From positions 1 through 64,000 of the forward strand of contig KZ538021.1 of the NCBI GenBank assembly GCA_000934665.2: a stretch of 64,000 nucleotides of DNA. Direction: 5' to 3'. A program made the translations under genes and the position numbers. The notes beneath the pieces were generated by a model. That model worked only from the letters and a program-made list of their open reading frames with translations. It had not been told where the DNA came from and did no database searches. Position 1 is the stretch's first letter. Each line of letters begins with the position of its first letter. Positions 26,128 through 39,736 of this stretch are shown one piece after another. This DNA comes from Catajapyx aquilonaris. Lineage: Eukaryota.

Positions 26128-26980
26128 TACGAGGTGTGATCGAAAAGTTCCCGGACTGTGTTCATAAAAACATCAATATTTACTTTAAGTCCTAATTTCC
26201 ACTGCCACCTTCAAAGTAGTCACCATGGGCACGTATACAACAATTCCAGCGAATTTCCCATGTTTGGAAGCACCAGAAAAATTTGACCAACAGTAGTGTG
26301 TTCAACACCTGCTGCGATTTTGCTTAGACCTCTTTAGTGGAGTCAAAATACCTCCTTTTCTACCCAAATTTCATTTTAGGGAAGAGGTAGAAATCACGTG
26401 CTGGTTCCAGGAAAACGAATATGCAGGGTGGGGAACAGTGGTCATGTTATTTTTTATCAGGAAGTCCCTGACTACGCGTGAGGTGTGTGCAGGCGGCATT
26501 GTCATGGTGCAGCAACCAGTCTATATGTTCTTCCACATCTCCGGCCATTTGAGCCTAAATTAAATCGTCTCAAACCATCGCAGTAAGACTTGCCGTTGAC
26601 AGTTTTACCAGGAGGGAGAAACTCCACATGCACAATTCCTAAAATGTCAAAGAAAATGATCAGCATTGAGTTGATTTTGCCGCGAACTTGGCGCGCCACC
26701 TTTGAAGCTGTTAACCCACCCACTCATATGTTATTGCTTGTCTTACAACTTGCTCATCAAAAGCCTCGTTCAGCATTCGGTTGGTTGCATCCGAAGTTTT
26801 GTTGAGCTGGAAGCAAAATTTAATACAAATCTTTTGCTCCCTAACATCAGCCATTTCGAAAAATCGCAGAAGCACAACAACACGGTGTCAAGAAAACTGC
26901 CGAAACTCGGAAACATGTGCACCTATGAAGACGAGATTTTTCAGACTAATAGATGAACGGTGCACAATACATCTGCCAAT
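26128..26980 (-). mobile_element. Decayed, internally deleted mariner transposon
   Basis: Mariner-type end TACGAGGTGTGATCGAAAAGTTCCCGGACT at 26128-26157 lies just beyond the transposase stop. No matching TIR is recognisable at the other end, so the right boundary is approximate. Confidence 0.85.
26192..26854 (-). pseudogene. Mariner (DD34D-type) transposase pseudogene
   Basis: Manual translation across frameshifts gives MADVREQKICIKFCFQLNKT...EAFDEQ...TYEW...FKGG, then ARQVRGKINSMLIIFFDILGIVHVEFLPPGKTVNGKSYCDGLRR, WLLHHDNA, VPHPAYS..DFYLFPKMK and the C-terminus CFQTWEIRWNCCIRAHGDYFEG. Contains stops, frameshifts and a large internal deletion. Confidence 0.93.
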
Positions 26981-27308
26981 AATATAATCTGCACTAATTT
27001 AATTTCACCACCGATATCCTGCTTGCAAGCCAAGTTTCTCCAACATTTGAAGTGATATAGTTAAGAGCTAACTGCAGTTTAATCTCCTTAATGATATTTA
27101 AACAGTTGTTAAAAAGTTGGAGGATTGCAACTAAAAGGATATAATAATTATACGCACTGCGGGTAAATATCGCCGCAGACGATTGATGCGGGAAGAACCT
27201 GTAAGTACAGCACATCGGACCAGAATGATTCAATTATTAAACATAAATGTGACATTTTAATATTTTAAAATAATAACATAATAATCGGCAATAGCCACAG
27301 CGACCCCA

Positions 27309-27377
<69 letters not shown>
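27309..27377. repeat. (ATT)23 microsatellite
   Basis: Uninterrupted ATT trinucleotide run. Confidence 0.97.
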
Positions 27378-27379
<2 letters not shown>

Positions 27380-27421
27380 AGTAAAAGTAAACTTATCGTC
27401 ATAATTATTATTTTGCAGGTA

Positions 27422-27637
27422 AGGTGAAGTGGGGTAAGTGCATACACGGGGTAAGTGCATACACGGGGCGGCCATATTGGAATGAAAATGGCTGACATGC
27501 TCACCTCTTGTGGGGATGTGATGTGCAGCTACACAAAAGAGTGCCTGACGTGTTTTGGTGTCGTCAGCCATTTTCATTCCAATATGGCGGCCCCGTGTAT
27601 GCACTTACCCCGTGTATGCACTTACCCCACTTCACCT
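27422..27637. mobile_element. 216-bp foldback MITE with TA TSD and internal 17-bp tandem repeats
   Basis: Near-perfect ~75-bp TIRs, TA|AGGTGAAGTGGGG...CCCCACTTCACCT|TA. Each arm has two copies of GGGGTAAGTGCATACAC. Confidence 0.88.
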
Positions 27638-30600
27638 TATTGGATTTGTACTGCGTAGTGCGTATACGCCCTGCAGTTGTCTTCTGCCAATAGCGGAGGT
27701 ATCGTTTTGTTAAATTTTGAAAATGAACCGGTTTCTTTTACTTGCAAAAAATTGTAATTATTTTAAGTTAAATTATGAGCATTTAGTGGTTTCTCATTAG
27801 CCCGAATATTATACCTTCTTTTTAAGACCAATCGGCATTATGCAAGCTGTAAGAATATATATAGGCAAATCCAGAAAAAAAGCCATCATTGAAATGCATC
27901 GGGAGGAAATTCGAATCAAAAGTTTTCCTATAGACCGTTTATATAGGGAAGCTTTGTGATAGGAGGGTTTCGGGGAATGGCATCTCCCTCGCCTTGCATT
28001 GGTTGGGAATGGAAAAAAAGGCCGCAATTCTAAAGGAAAAAATGGGGGCCAAGTGGCCTGAGGTATACTACACATTCCCAGGCGCCCATCTTGATTGAGC
28101 TTCTGCTTTAACGACCAAATGCCCATAACAAATAAAGTAAACGGCTACCCGGAGAATTGGCGACTGGGGGTAGGAAGGCCATTTTGAAAGAAAAGAAACA
28201 AAAAAAAAAATGCAGGGAAGGAAAAAAAGAAAAGAGAAAAAACAGGTCGAGTCCCCGAGTCAAATTCGATGAAAAGGCTCCTCATTTTTGAAGTGACAGG
28301 GACAATTGGAGGAAGTGGCTTGGGGCCATCCGGAGCCGGAGGATGTTTGGGGGGGTTTCTTCAAAAATTGAATTTGTCGAGAGGAGGTGACGAAGCGGCT
28401 ATTTATGGACCCCTCGGGTCGAACATTGTGCCCATTTATTTCAAGCCTTGCACCGAGTTATTGCTCGACCATTATTTTCCCAAGTGCTCAGTTTCACTCT
28501 TCGACTCCTCGGGACGATTTCACTCTTTTCCTAGTGTGGAGGGGACCCATAGCTATACATGTTATACACTGTTGTATACAATGGCAAATATTGTTCAGAT
28601 GTGCAGACGTTGCAATGCTGCTGGTGTTTAATTACGACGTGGTAATTAATAGCAATCTGCAATCATGTTGGACACATTAATTAAGTTCTGCCTAATATGT
28701 CAACTGAAAAGGTTTGTTTCAGTAATTGAGGAATTTTTAACAATTCAGAATTAAGCTGTGGTATAGTAATATATAGCACACTCTTCAGCATGTTATTTTG
28801 TCGTCAACTGATGTGTACTTATGCCAGTGCAGTGCAATTATTGCAGAGTCAATAATTTGCTTATAAGCCATTACCTTTTCATGAATGAAATTTCCATTGG
28901 TTTATCAACACATCCTTCAGGCTAAGTGAATCGTTAATTAAGAAGTGGTGCACTGTAATGGCATCAGCCTAAACACGCAATCCGAAGCGTTATATATTAT
29001 CTGCTGCCGGCTAAACGCTGTGCATGCAATCTGACTATTTTATTTTATTTTTTCCTGAGGCTGATTCGGACCGAATGTTACATCCCCCCAGCATCCGATT
29101 GAGTGAGATTCGACCAGGCAGAAAAGGGTGTGTGGTTGGGTTCGAATTCAATTTTCTCCCAGGCGGAAAAGCTCTCCCAATATTGCAGGCGACGAGGCGA
29201 AGCTCTGGAGAGGAGTGGCGGGCTGTTATGCGTTTTACCTTTCCCAAAACCAATAATTCCACGACTGATTCCGGCCCCGATCGCTTCTAAAGCCACTAAG
29301 AAAACCCACCTACTCTTCCTCTTCTCCTCTTATATCCAGAACGGTTTTCTACCCCTCCCTTCCCATACACTCTTCTCTCTCTCGTTTTATTATTATTTCC
29401 TCCATTCTATTTTTTTTGACCCTTCTTTTCTCCCTTACTGCCTATATACTCGAGACGGGCACTTGAAGTGTTTTCTGCTCTCTATATATACTGTTTTCTT
29501 GCATTATACGGGGGCGGGGATGATTGAAACTTGCGGAGTGTGTGTATGGAGGCCGATCCCTGATTTTATGAATTCAAATAATTCTCAAGGCTGGCTAGCT
29601 GCTGATAATGGCGTCAGATTACAGCCTTGTTTTCTGTATAAGAAGGCGTAATTTATTACCGCCAACAACCTCCTATTACAATCTGTTTAGAGAGAACCGA
29701 TAGTCGGTTGTGTGCAAAAAAGGTTTTTATATTATACGGACAGGTCAATGGGTTTGGGGTTGGAATCATGTCCATGCAATTTTCTGTTTTTGAAAGGGGA
29801 GGGTCCTGCCTATGGGTGAGGGTCGCGCGCATTTATAAAAAAAAGGTGTCCGAATTAATAATGGAGATATGAGCGGCCCACTTAAGCAGCAATTGCAATG
29901 CTGCATATGTAAGTAGACGCCTGGAGCTGTCAGGAGTTGAGACAGACAGGAGCGTTTCAATGCCACCCTGTATCAATGGAGTTGCATTATTTTTGAGGCG
30001 GGTGATTGAGCTTAAAATGTACTCGCCTGCGCGTAACGGAATCAGGCCCCGGTTTAATTAGCAAAAGCATTCTAGAATTAGTAATGTTGGACATGCTCTG
30101 AGGAAATGAATACAATGGCCCGGTTCTTGGTGATATGAAATAATGCGCATTGAGATGTGGAGAAATCGAGCGTCAACACTTCCCCCTCAATTCAACAATG
30201 AGTGATTGGAAAGTTTTAAGTCTTTGACATTTCTTGAAAGCACACCCTGAATATAATGAATTGTAATGGAGGTCTCAGTGATGTGTGTGTGCGTATATAT
30301 ATAACTTGCGCAGGATGTTACTGTGCCGCAGCATTTCATCGCCCGCTAACTTTTCTCACATATGTCAAAAACATCCTGTGTATGGGACTATAGTTGAATT
30401 AAATTAGCTCCTTATGGAGTCAAATACGAGCAAGAGGAAGTAAAAAAGTGTGAGAGTGAATACGAATTAATGTGCTGGGGACGGAATTGGACGACTTTTT
30501 TCTCAGACGAATAAGAAATCAGAGGACGTGTCAGTCACAAAATTTTGTTATTTATTCTGTCTAAGGCCCCCTTCCATTTTTTTCAATACCCTTCTTCTTT

Positions 30601-33600
30601 ATTCTGTTTGGGTGTCCCCCCGGCCTCATTTTATATGGGCTCATATATACCATGCGCTGCTTCTCTGCCGCCAGCGGGTCCTTATCAGAATTGACGGCGT
30701 CAGGAGATATGTCTGACTGATGTGTGCATTTGAAATGCATGCGTAAGGGACTTGTCATTCGGAATTGAAGTCTGCTCAGGTGCACTCCATAACGGGGGTC
30801 GCTGGCGAACACATATCGACGCCGCCCATCAGGCATACGCCTGGCAATAAACATCAGACGGATGGCAATGTAATGTGATAATAATTGACCTCTCTTGTCC
30901 TCGGCCATATTGGGAAGGGACAACACTCAGACGCCCAGGGCACAATCACTCGAGGACTCCGCATTCCTTCTCGACCATTTGTACAAGGATTCTCTTTTCC
31001 GCTCTCAATCATTTTACTTATTACTATTGCAGATGACAAAAAAATTAACAGCTGCAAAAATGGCGTACAATAGGACTCAAAATACAGTGCATTTCGTGCC
31101 ATGTTAACAATCAGCATAAAAATATTACCTCTGGAGTTGTACAGTAACTTATAAATTGAGCATGATGTTTATTTACGCATACATTAGTTTTAGGGTATGT
31201 AAACATGGGTGGCGAGAGAAATATCCTGCAGGGCATATAACCCGTCAAGCAAGGTTGTTAGACGTGTGGTGTGCTGCGCAGGATATTTCCCCAGCTATAC
31301 ACACGCGATGATAAAATAATCAAAAAATTAATTGGCCCCGCACGACCTAATTAACCTTTCAACAATGATGTAGATATTAAAAATATAGGCCCTACCTGGA
31401 AGCGATTCTGATAGTTTCGACCATCTTGTCTTAAATTATTTTCGCATAACATATTATTTCATTAATTCTTTTGTCTATTGTAGAGTAGCTGAGCTTATTC
31501 CCACCCAGCTGCTTGTGACACTTAACCCTTTCACGCCTATAGTTTGCAGCACAAATGTCGGTTGGCCGACACACGACATTTCCCCCACCCGCAGCAGTGT
31601 CCAACGACGCCTTTTCAGTCCCCCCCAAAATCCGGATTTTGATCCAACAATGGCGCCCTGCCCCGTTTTTTTTTTTTTTCATTCTCTCCCCATCTCTGGG
31701 GTTTCCACACTTAAATCAACACGGAACGAGCCAGGATGATTGACGTGTGAAGAGGTTGGGTAAACTTGGGGAATAGTAATACTTTGTAGATTAGCCCCCG
31801 ATGGGGCTGCAATTCGGAACCGGGGGTTTGGGATGGGGGAATGCTGTAGACTGGGGGGGTAGAATTTGATGATCGTGATAAGCTCGCAGAAAACCTCGCA
31901 CGCTCTGCACGCCTATAGGTCGAGTTGCGCAGGGGTAATATTTTGACACGTGGGGTCGCCATGCTGGACCGCCATTTCGTGAGTCTGAAGGTCTTCGGAA
32001 ATGGACGCCTTGGTTTGGATAACGGCAAATTGGAAGGAAGGCAAAATAAGCAGGGGGGTCTCTTCGGGGGCTTGTTTCTATCAACACGAAATTGTTTAGC
32101 GGAGGAAAACTCGTTTTTGTCGATCGCTTTCAATTTATAGATGCTGGGGCCGGCCGCCTTTATTCGACGGGGACGGATGATTATTATGCGGTGGTGTAAA
32201 GAATAGCACTCGGAGCAGGATTGCATGACTCGATTGGGTCGGGATTACTCGCGTTTAGCATTGTTGGAAACGGAGCCGTTGCATTAAACGGGGTGTAATT
32301 TTTTTTTGAGAGTTGTTTTAAATCGAGGGGCAAGGCAGGTGAAGAATTGGCTTGCGGAACGATCAGAATCACAAAGACATTTTATGGTTACGAGATGAGA
32401 AAATCTTTATGCATGAAGACTTCCTATCACTAAAGCTTGAGCCATTGTTTTCAAACAGTTTTCTAAGAGTCTGCGCATGTTGCAGCAGAAAACCGACTTG
32501 ATCACGAGAAAGGATAAGAGTCATAAGATATGCTTCGAGGGCTATTCTGCACGAGGCGTGTTAAATAAATTTCAACTGCAATGTGACTCTGATTATCCTG
32601 AAAATGAAACATCTATGTATACATTGTACAAAAAAACGCACAACTTATTTCACTACTCAAATGAGACGTTTCATTACTGAACAAATGTAGAATGCATCAG
32701 CATATTCTTACCCTGCCCTCAACTATAGACAAAAAATTGCATATAATATTACTTGAAAAGTGCAAGGTCTATAATAGTGTCTTCCATTACACAAAGAAGT
32801 GCTAGCAAAAAACATTGGAATTGTTGAAATCCTCACATCCAAATCAATAACGAAATATCAAAATAATATAATTCAGATAATTTTGTTACACTGCGTTATC
32901 AAAATTTTCACGTCAAATATTATTTAGATGAAAAGAGTGAACATGAAACACCTTGACATATGATGGCCACTTTCATTTTCGTGCAGTGGCTTATCCTGCG
33001 ATCGAATAAATTAGGAAAGTGCAGGTCTTGTGATGTAAGTTGTGCCGATGACTTATATAGAATATTCACCTGTTCCATTGTCCATGAAGAAAAACGAATG
33101 TGAAATGCTAATCACGAGGTGGCTGCTCAGTGGCAAGTGCTATTCGTGTGATGTCAGATTTCAGTCACTCACAGTTATATAAACATTGCACATGTTTCAC
33201 GTACATTTCAATGATTTACAGCACCATCACACTACAGGTCAATTAGAGCATGAGAGAAGTCTTGCATGGAAAGTGCTAAATTAGCTCATCATGACACATT
33301 GTAACAAATGTTACCATCGGTGCATATGGCAAGTTTTTATTTTGTTTAAGTTGCTTGCAGGCATAGCTTTGTTGCTCTCGACGATGCTCGGTGACGATTC
33401 GCCACTTTTGTGAATGCCACACATCCTGAACCAATCACGAAAATTGAATCTCCCGAAAATGAATCCCATTATGTTGGAGGTACACAACCGGATTAAGTCC
33501 ATCCAAAAGGGAAAAGGAATTGATCCCCACCGCCTGTGTAAACATATCCCCGCCCCATATTGTTGCATTTCATCCCCCCCTTCACTTCGCTCAAACACAT

Positions 33601-35637
33601 AGATCGGGTTGGCTTAACCTCTGTCCCCCATATATACCCGGGCCATCATCTGTCCCCTTTGCTGGAACAAAACTAAAACAACATTAAGGCCCCCTCGGAT
33701 TCTTGAAAATGAGCAGCATAAAATGGTGACAAAAACTGGCCCCGCAGTTCGTTCCCCTGGACAGTTTACTGACAATAAATGGGCATTCCATTTCTCTTTA
33801 TTTGCTCGTTTTTCTTCTGGCCTGCTATGTATTAATGGACGGGTGTATATATTCGAGGTGAAAACTCTCTTATCCTTTTGGAATGCGGACAATGTGTTTC
33901 AATTTGGGAGCCGTGAAAAGGACGCCGGTTTTCAAGAATGGCATTTTGGAGACGGGCTGCGCGGCACAGTCAGGTCGTGTATACCGGTCACCAAACAAGG
34001 ACAAGGTAGGTTTGATGTATAAGGGGACAAGGGTCCTGTGTAAATTAGGATTTGAATAGAGGGGACCTTTCACTGTTAACAACTGTATTACGTGACAACA
34101 TTCTTTGGACAGGGGGCCTTAAAAAAAGGCGCCGCGGAATAGCTCCGGGTTTTAAGACTGTGCCCAAGAGCTGTGGATTTAGACATCATTTTCCTCCTGA
34201 GTTATGGTCATCTTTATTTTATTTTTTTTCCAAGGAGGATTATTATCGAGACTGCGGGAGACAGCCGAAGGAAATGGCCGAGTTTTTTTTAAACATCGTC
34301 AGCTGGACCCCCTGATTAATTGGCGAGGGGGAATACTAGTGCTGCTGGACGAATTATGTACCAAGGGTCATCCAGACGTTGAGTTATGTTCCTCTGTTAT
34401 TTATTTGCCTGGCGGAGGGTGACAGCGTTTTGGCAACAATTGCCACATTAAGGCCTGGAGATAGCGAACAAAGTGAAATTATTGGCCCCCGATTAGCCAG
34501 GATTTTAACCTCCAGTGTTACACCCCTTTGTTTATGAGGGCAACAGATAAAAAGTCTACAATGTGTATTTATGGGATAAATTGCGGTGGAAAGTGCAGAT
34601 ATAATACAAATGGCACGTACATCACATTTTCTGCATTTCACCATCTGGCTTACCAACCCCTTTCGATCCGTGACCAAATTACCCTTCTCCTTCGGCTCAT
34701 CAATCTCACAAACAAGCAGAGCATACCTCTTTATTTCCCCCCACTACTCTTTTGAAAAGGGGGGCACCCCCTGGAATGAGCCGGCCAGTTATTTACATTG
34801 TCATTTCCTTACTAACGACCCCCACGTCAGCTACCATTCAGATCCTCCTCTCACCCCCCCGAAAAAAAAATAAAGATGGCCCGAGGGACAAAAGTGTATC
34901 TCCACCATAAGTATAGTAACCCTTTTTTTCTTCTTCTTTAAAATGTCGCCGCCACATTCCGATCGTATGTTTAAGTCTCACCGTTCTTATGTGATGCTGG
35001 GTAGAGGGAATAAGACATCAGGCTCAACTCTAAGGGGTACGGACCTTAATTGTGATGATTTTCTCGACTGTGGCTCGGCGAACAACTCATCGAATTGATG
35101 GCAAACATGAAGCAAGCAGTCAGGGCGCCCCGCACCCTGCCGAGACAAACCGGTATTCCTCCTGGCGAAAGGAAGACCGCATTAATCTTCAGCATTCCAA
35201 GCCTTGGCATGGGGTATTTGGAGGGTGTAGGTAGAGAGAAGAGTGGGGGTGGCTGCTGGCTCTGGATGGGGGTCCTCTTATATACATTTTTTTATTTAAA
35301 GAGAGAGGGGGTTAAAACTAACTCGGGTTATGTATGTGGAAGAGAGGGAGAGATTGAGGGCTCCAGTTGAAACGCATCAGGTGTAATAATGGGGACAATT
35401 AGTCATTGTGATTCTCATTCCGTTCTTAACGCTGGTCTAGACGGCTGTAAATCAATTGAGAAAGGTTTTTGGAGAAGGAAAGGAATTAGTTTATGGCAGG
35501 GTTATGAAGGGTTTGGCGCCGGAAGACTTTCCGCAGGACTTTTTGGCACATGCGATTTTTGGAGCGGAGATATATCCGGAGAATAATTTAAATATGTGAG
35601 GAGCTATTTATATAGGCCAGGATTAGCTTACCAGTAA

Positions 35638-35911
35638 CTATAGATAAATATTTTTATGAGCGCAACCGGGAGCGCAAATTGTTTCCAACACTACCCTTGA
35701 GAGGGTAACAATATGGCCGACTTTTGCGACGTTGCAAAGGCTCTGGCACGAAACTTAGCTAATACGACATCCCGCGCCCATCAATCCAATTTTAAATTCA
35801 GAATAATGAGGAGTAACTGTAGCAACGTTGTTGTCCGAATCAGTCCGAATAATGAACTTGCGCAAGTATGGGTGCGCATTCGGTTGCGCTCGTAAAAAAA
35901 TTCATCTACAG
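35638..35911. mobile_element. ~275-bp MITE with imperfect ~40-bp TIRs, superfamily unclear
   Basis: CTATAGATAAATATTTTTATGAGCGCAACCGGGAGCGCA pairs with TGCGCATTCGGTTGCGCTCGTAAAAAAATTCATCTACAG. No clean TSD resolved. Confidence 0.7.
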
Positions 35912-38900
35912 CCTCCTCTGCAGAACAATATTTCCAATATTACCGCTATCAAATTAATTTAAAAAAAAGTAACTGTACGTCGACCCTATACTTCGAGCCA
36001 TCCCTGCGCATAATTCGACACAATTTATAGTGTCCCGACGCTTTTGTCGTATACGGTATATAAATATAGCGTACGACTGAGCTCCACCCGTAGGACAATA
36101 GAGTGAGGATCAGTGATATCTCTAAGAATCTCCTCAAGTGCTGCGATTTCTTCCCCCAGCTGGGGCTACAGCATGTCTCGGAAGAAAAAAGAAAAAAACG
36201 AAAGAGGAATATTTATTATCGCTCGGGATGATTCGTTCTTTAGGCGGGAAACAAGCACTCCGGTTGGCACCTAGAAACTTTAGAGAAAAAGAAGTGGGGG
36301 GGGAACAAAAAGGTGTGTTGGGACCCTTTTGTTGGTGTGCCCAAAGCCAGCAGGGCAAGAGGAATGGAATAGAGGGATTCCTTCGTGTTTTCTCCTCCCA
36401 TGGTGCTTTACCTTTCCTCTTGTCCTGACTTTATCTCGGACAGGGGACGAGGGAGACCTACAGGACGCAGCCTCGTATAAAAAGGCTCACTCGCTAATTG
36501 AATCGCACCTTGGGGAAATTTATAGTCTCTCTTTTCGTCGTTCTCCTCGTCCCTCTTATCAGGATGCTGCGGCTGCAACGACGGCCTAATGGACGAGGTA
36601 CTTGCGCGTGTAATGAGCTTTAGGTGTAAAGGTCCGTGTATACACCAATTCCTTCTCAGGTCGGAATTCCAACGGGTCTGCTCGTGAATAACTAAACCGT
36701 AGCATTCATGTAGGTGGTTCCATCTCCAAAAATATTGAAGACAATAGCCCCAAACAACTACAGCCAAAAGACCGCAAGTCACTTGTGGCGAGTTCATATT
36801 TCCATTTTAATTAATAATGTACCCATCTAAATTGATGGGCGCGGGTAATTGTTATGTCCTCTCCCTCTCTTTCTATCTCATTACGCGTGGATAGACCACT
36901 CGGTAATTAATTCATTGAATTTGAAGTCGTGTCGTGTGGTGGTGCCCGTATCTTTTTCACGAGTGGGTAGAAGGCCCTTCATTTTCGCATCCAAATGCTG
37001 TTATTCACGCGTCACGACCTGTAACCAATAACACGTCCCTCGCGGGCACAATTTCGATACAAACCACCATGCAAAAGGTGTTTTCACCAGCCTCGAGAGA
37101 CCCCACTCTCTCATATAAGCCTATCCCTCGTGTGCCTTACGCCTATCTCATTACCTGTTCAACAGGAATAACAATAATCATTATGCAGTAATTATGCGGC
37201 GCGCTTCGCATACACTTGTCTTGTTTTCTGGGCTCGATGCCAACATGTGTGTGTGTGTATTGATGCAGGATTTTTTGGAGAGCCTTTTGGCAACCCTGCA
37301 ACACCTTCCTCTATCGCTTGTCTACCCCAAGAGAGTCAATTATCAAGGCAAACAAACCTGAAGCCTCGAGGGGCATTTGGAAAAAAAAAGAAACGAAAAA
37401 AAAAATTTAAAGGAAGAAAAAAAATGGCTGCCGTGAATGAAAGGTGGGCATTGTTTTCTGAAGACGTCTGTCTTTTCAGGCCTCCAGGTGGGATCAAGAA
37501 AAGGAGGTACCCTGTAATAAATTGCCAATAAAATTGATAGCTCAGGTGGAGGTTAGTGGTCAGCAACAGACCCGAGTTCATGAACTTTTAGGGAGAGGAA
37601 AGCTTATACGACTAATTCACACCCATGCAGTCACGATGGTTTATCTTCAGCAGGTTGGACGCCACTAGCCGGATGTGATTTTTTTTTTAAAGTCCAGTCG
37701 TGTAATTTGTCCCTGTGGGGTAAGTAGATTGAGTATACAAAAAAGGCATGAACATTTTCAAGGGATATTTATCTTGGGTCAAATTAGACAAGGCGTTTAG
37801 CTTTGGGGATTAATGTTTGGCCAACCTTCGGTAGCCAGCCTTTGTCGAATTTGGATATTAATTTTATGGAAAAATGCCAAAGGGTGACTTGACTTTTTGG
37901 AATTTCCGCAAAACCTGGCGGCGCCCAAAAACACAATTGCTAGACGTCGTAAAAACGTTTTACATAAACATCTCCCATTAGCCACCTCCCATCACTTAAT
38001 TAGTTTCCATCACCTGGCGTAATTAGCGGTCTGACTCACGCGAAGTTCAGGTATGGCCTGGGGAATAATATTTCACAACTCGTCATACAGTACTTAGAGG
38101 GAAAAGAAGAGGAATTTTCCATGCTTTGAAAACTCCTCTCTGTGCAATTAGCCAAGACAAACAGCATTTCACTTAGGAAAAACAGCCTGTTAATTTCGGT
38201 GGGGACTAATGAGCATGGCAATAAATAATAGTCAACAAGGCTGTGCAATCTTCTTGGCTCCCGTTGCTTCTTCTACGTGCAAATCTAGCTATTAGGGTAC
38301 CAAAAAGGGGTGACAGATATTCAAAGAATGTTCTTTTTTTGTCACAGATCGTGGTACAGTATATCTTACACCTGACTTTAAATGCCTCATTGTAGTTTAA
38401 ACCTGTCTCTTGCTACCCATAAGCCTAAGTAGTGGCGATACATGACATATTTAATGAATCAACATTTTTTGTCTTCCATCCCATGATTCATCCCGCCCTT
38501 ACGGCCAATAACAACAACAACAGAAAAAAGAAGAAGTGAGAGAAATAATTTCCGAATACAAACTGCTTATGTCAGTAAATAATCTGATCCGCCTTAGGGG
38601 GGCTGGAAAGAAACGGTTTAACCTTTCGCACCGGCTTAAGAAGAAGAGTAGCCAATCTTAACTCCATTCCGCGAGCATAAAACCTGTCCTCGTGACTTTG
38701 TCGATGTTTCGCCACGACTGATTTACGACCTCCTGCAAATAATTTGCATTCATACGTAACCAAAAGGGGCAACTCCTCACCCCCCTCTCTTTAAAAAAAA
38801 GGTCAGCGAATAGAATCTGATGGGGGGGGCCAGGGGGGTTTGGTTTCAATTATTGCCAATAATGACCGACGTGGTGGTGTGCAAAATTTGTGGGTTTGGC

Positions 38901-39537
38901 CATTTTGGATGAGGCGTGACCTTGCTTTGAGATGCAATCATTCGCACTATTCGGAGAGGGTGCCAGGGCAGGCAGGGCACCTGCCAAGGCCAGGTGATTG
39001 GAAGGCTGTAAATATTTTTCACCCTCCCTGGGCCCCGAAACCGAATCGAATCGGAAATAGGGATGCCTGAGAGAGGAGAAGAAGAAGGGGTCCAATCCTC
39101 TCTCCTTGACTCAGCACAAGTATGTTGTGACAATCCGCATGGGGGCATTCAGTCACCCCTCTCCAACCCGACTTATCTGGGGGAGTCATCTTAAAGCAGT
39201 CCTATTAGGAATCTTGTTAAAGCTAACAATGGGCAGCAAACGGGGCTCTGTCCTAATCTTGCTTTGCAGTGGAACCGAAACGGCGGACAAAACCAAAAGG
39301 CCTCAAGAGTCTCTCTTTCCCAGGTTGGCAAGTCATGCGAATGAACCGATTGCCATTTTGGCTTTTGGTCCACATACCTTTTCCGTGGGGAATGGGTGAC
39401 AGTCCGTTCTCACTCGATGGGGGTTCAATCAACTTATTAGTAAAGGCACAATAGGAGCCACTAATAGGCAATTAGGCACGACACACTCCATTGTGCGTCC
39501 GTCGCCTCATTAACGCTGACGTGCATATGCATATTCA

Positions 39538-39736
39538 TATACAGGATGGGGCACCGATCAAGTACCTGCAGCCTAAAAATATTCCCGTGAAAATATCAGC
39601 TGAGCGATTCACATACGCTCAAAGATTTTTTGCTATTTTATTCAGATATTAGTTGGAAATTTTCACCCACAAAATTTGCAGCTCACAAGTGTACTCTCCA
39701 AATAATGTGTTGGTCAGCAGTGTACCACCCTGTGTA
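39538..39736. mobile_element. Old Tc1/mariner-type MITE of the TATACAGGGTG class
   Basis: Left TATACAGGATGGGGCA versus right-end reverse complement TACACAGGGTGGTACA. Confidence 0.5.

Noticed and set aside
27431..27628. 17-bp direct repeats as a possible CRISPR array
   Set aside because: The repeats are adjacent with no spacers, are mirrored inside TIRs, and lie in eukaryote-like DNA with no cas genes.
27257..27693. Poly-Ile ORF and mirrored MHTRG... ORFs
   Set aside because: Translations of the (ATT)23 microsatellite and the foldback MITE.
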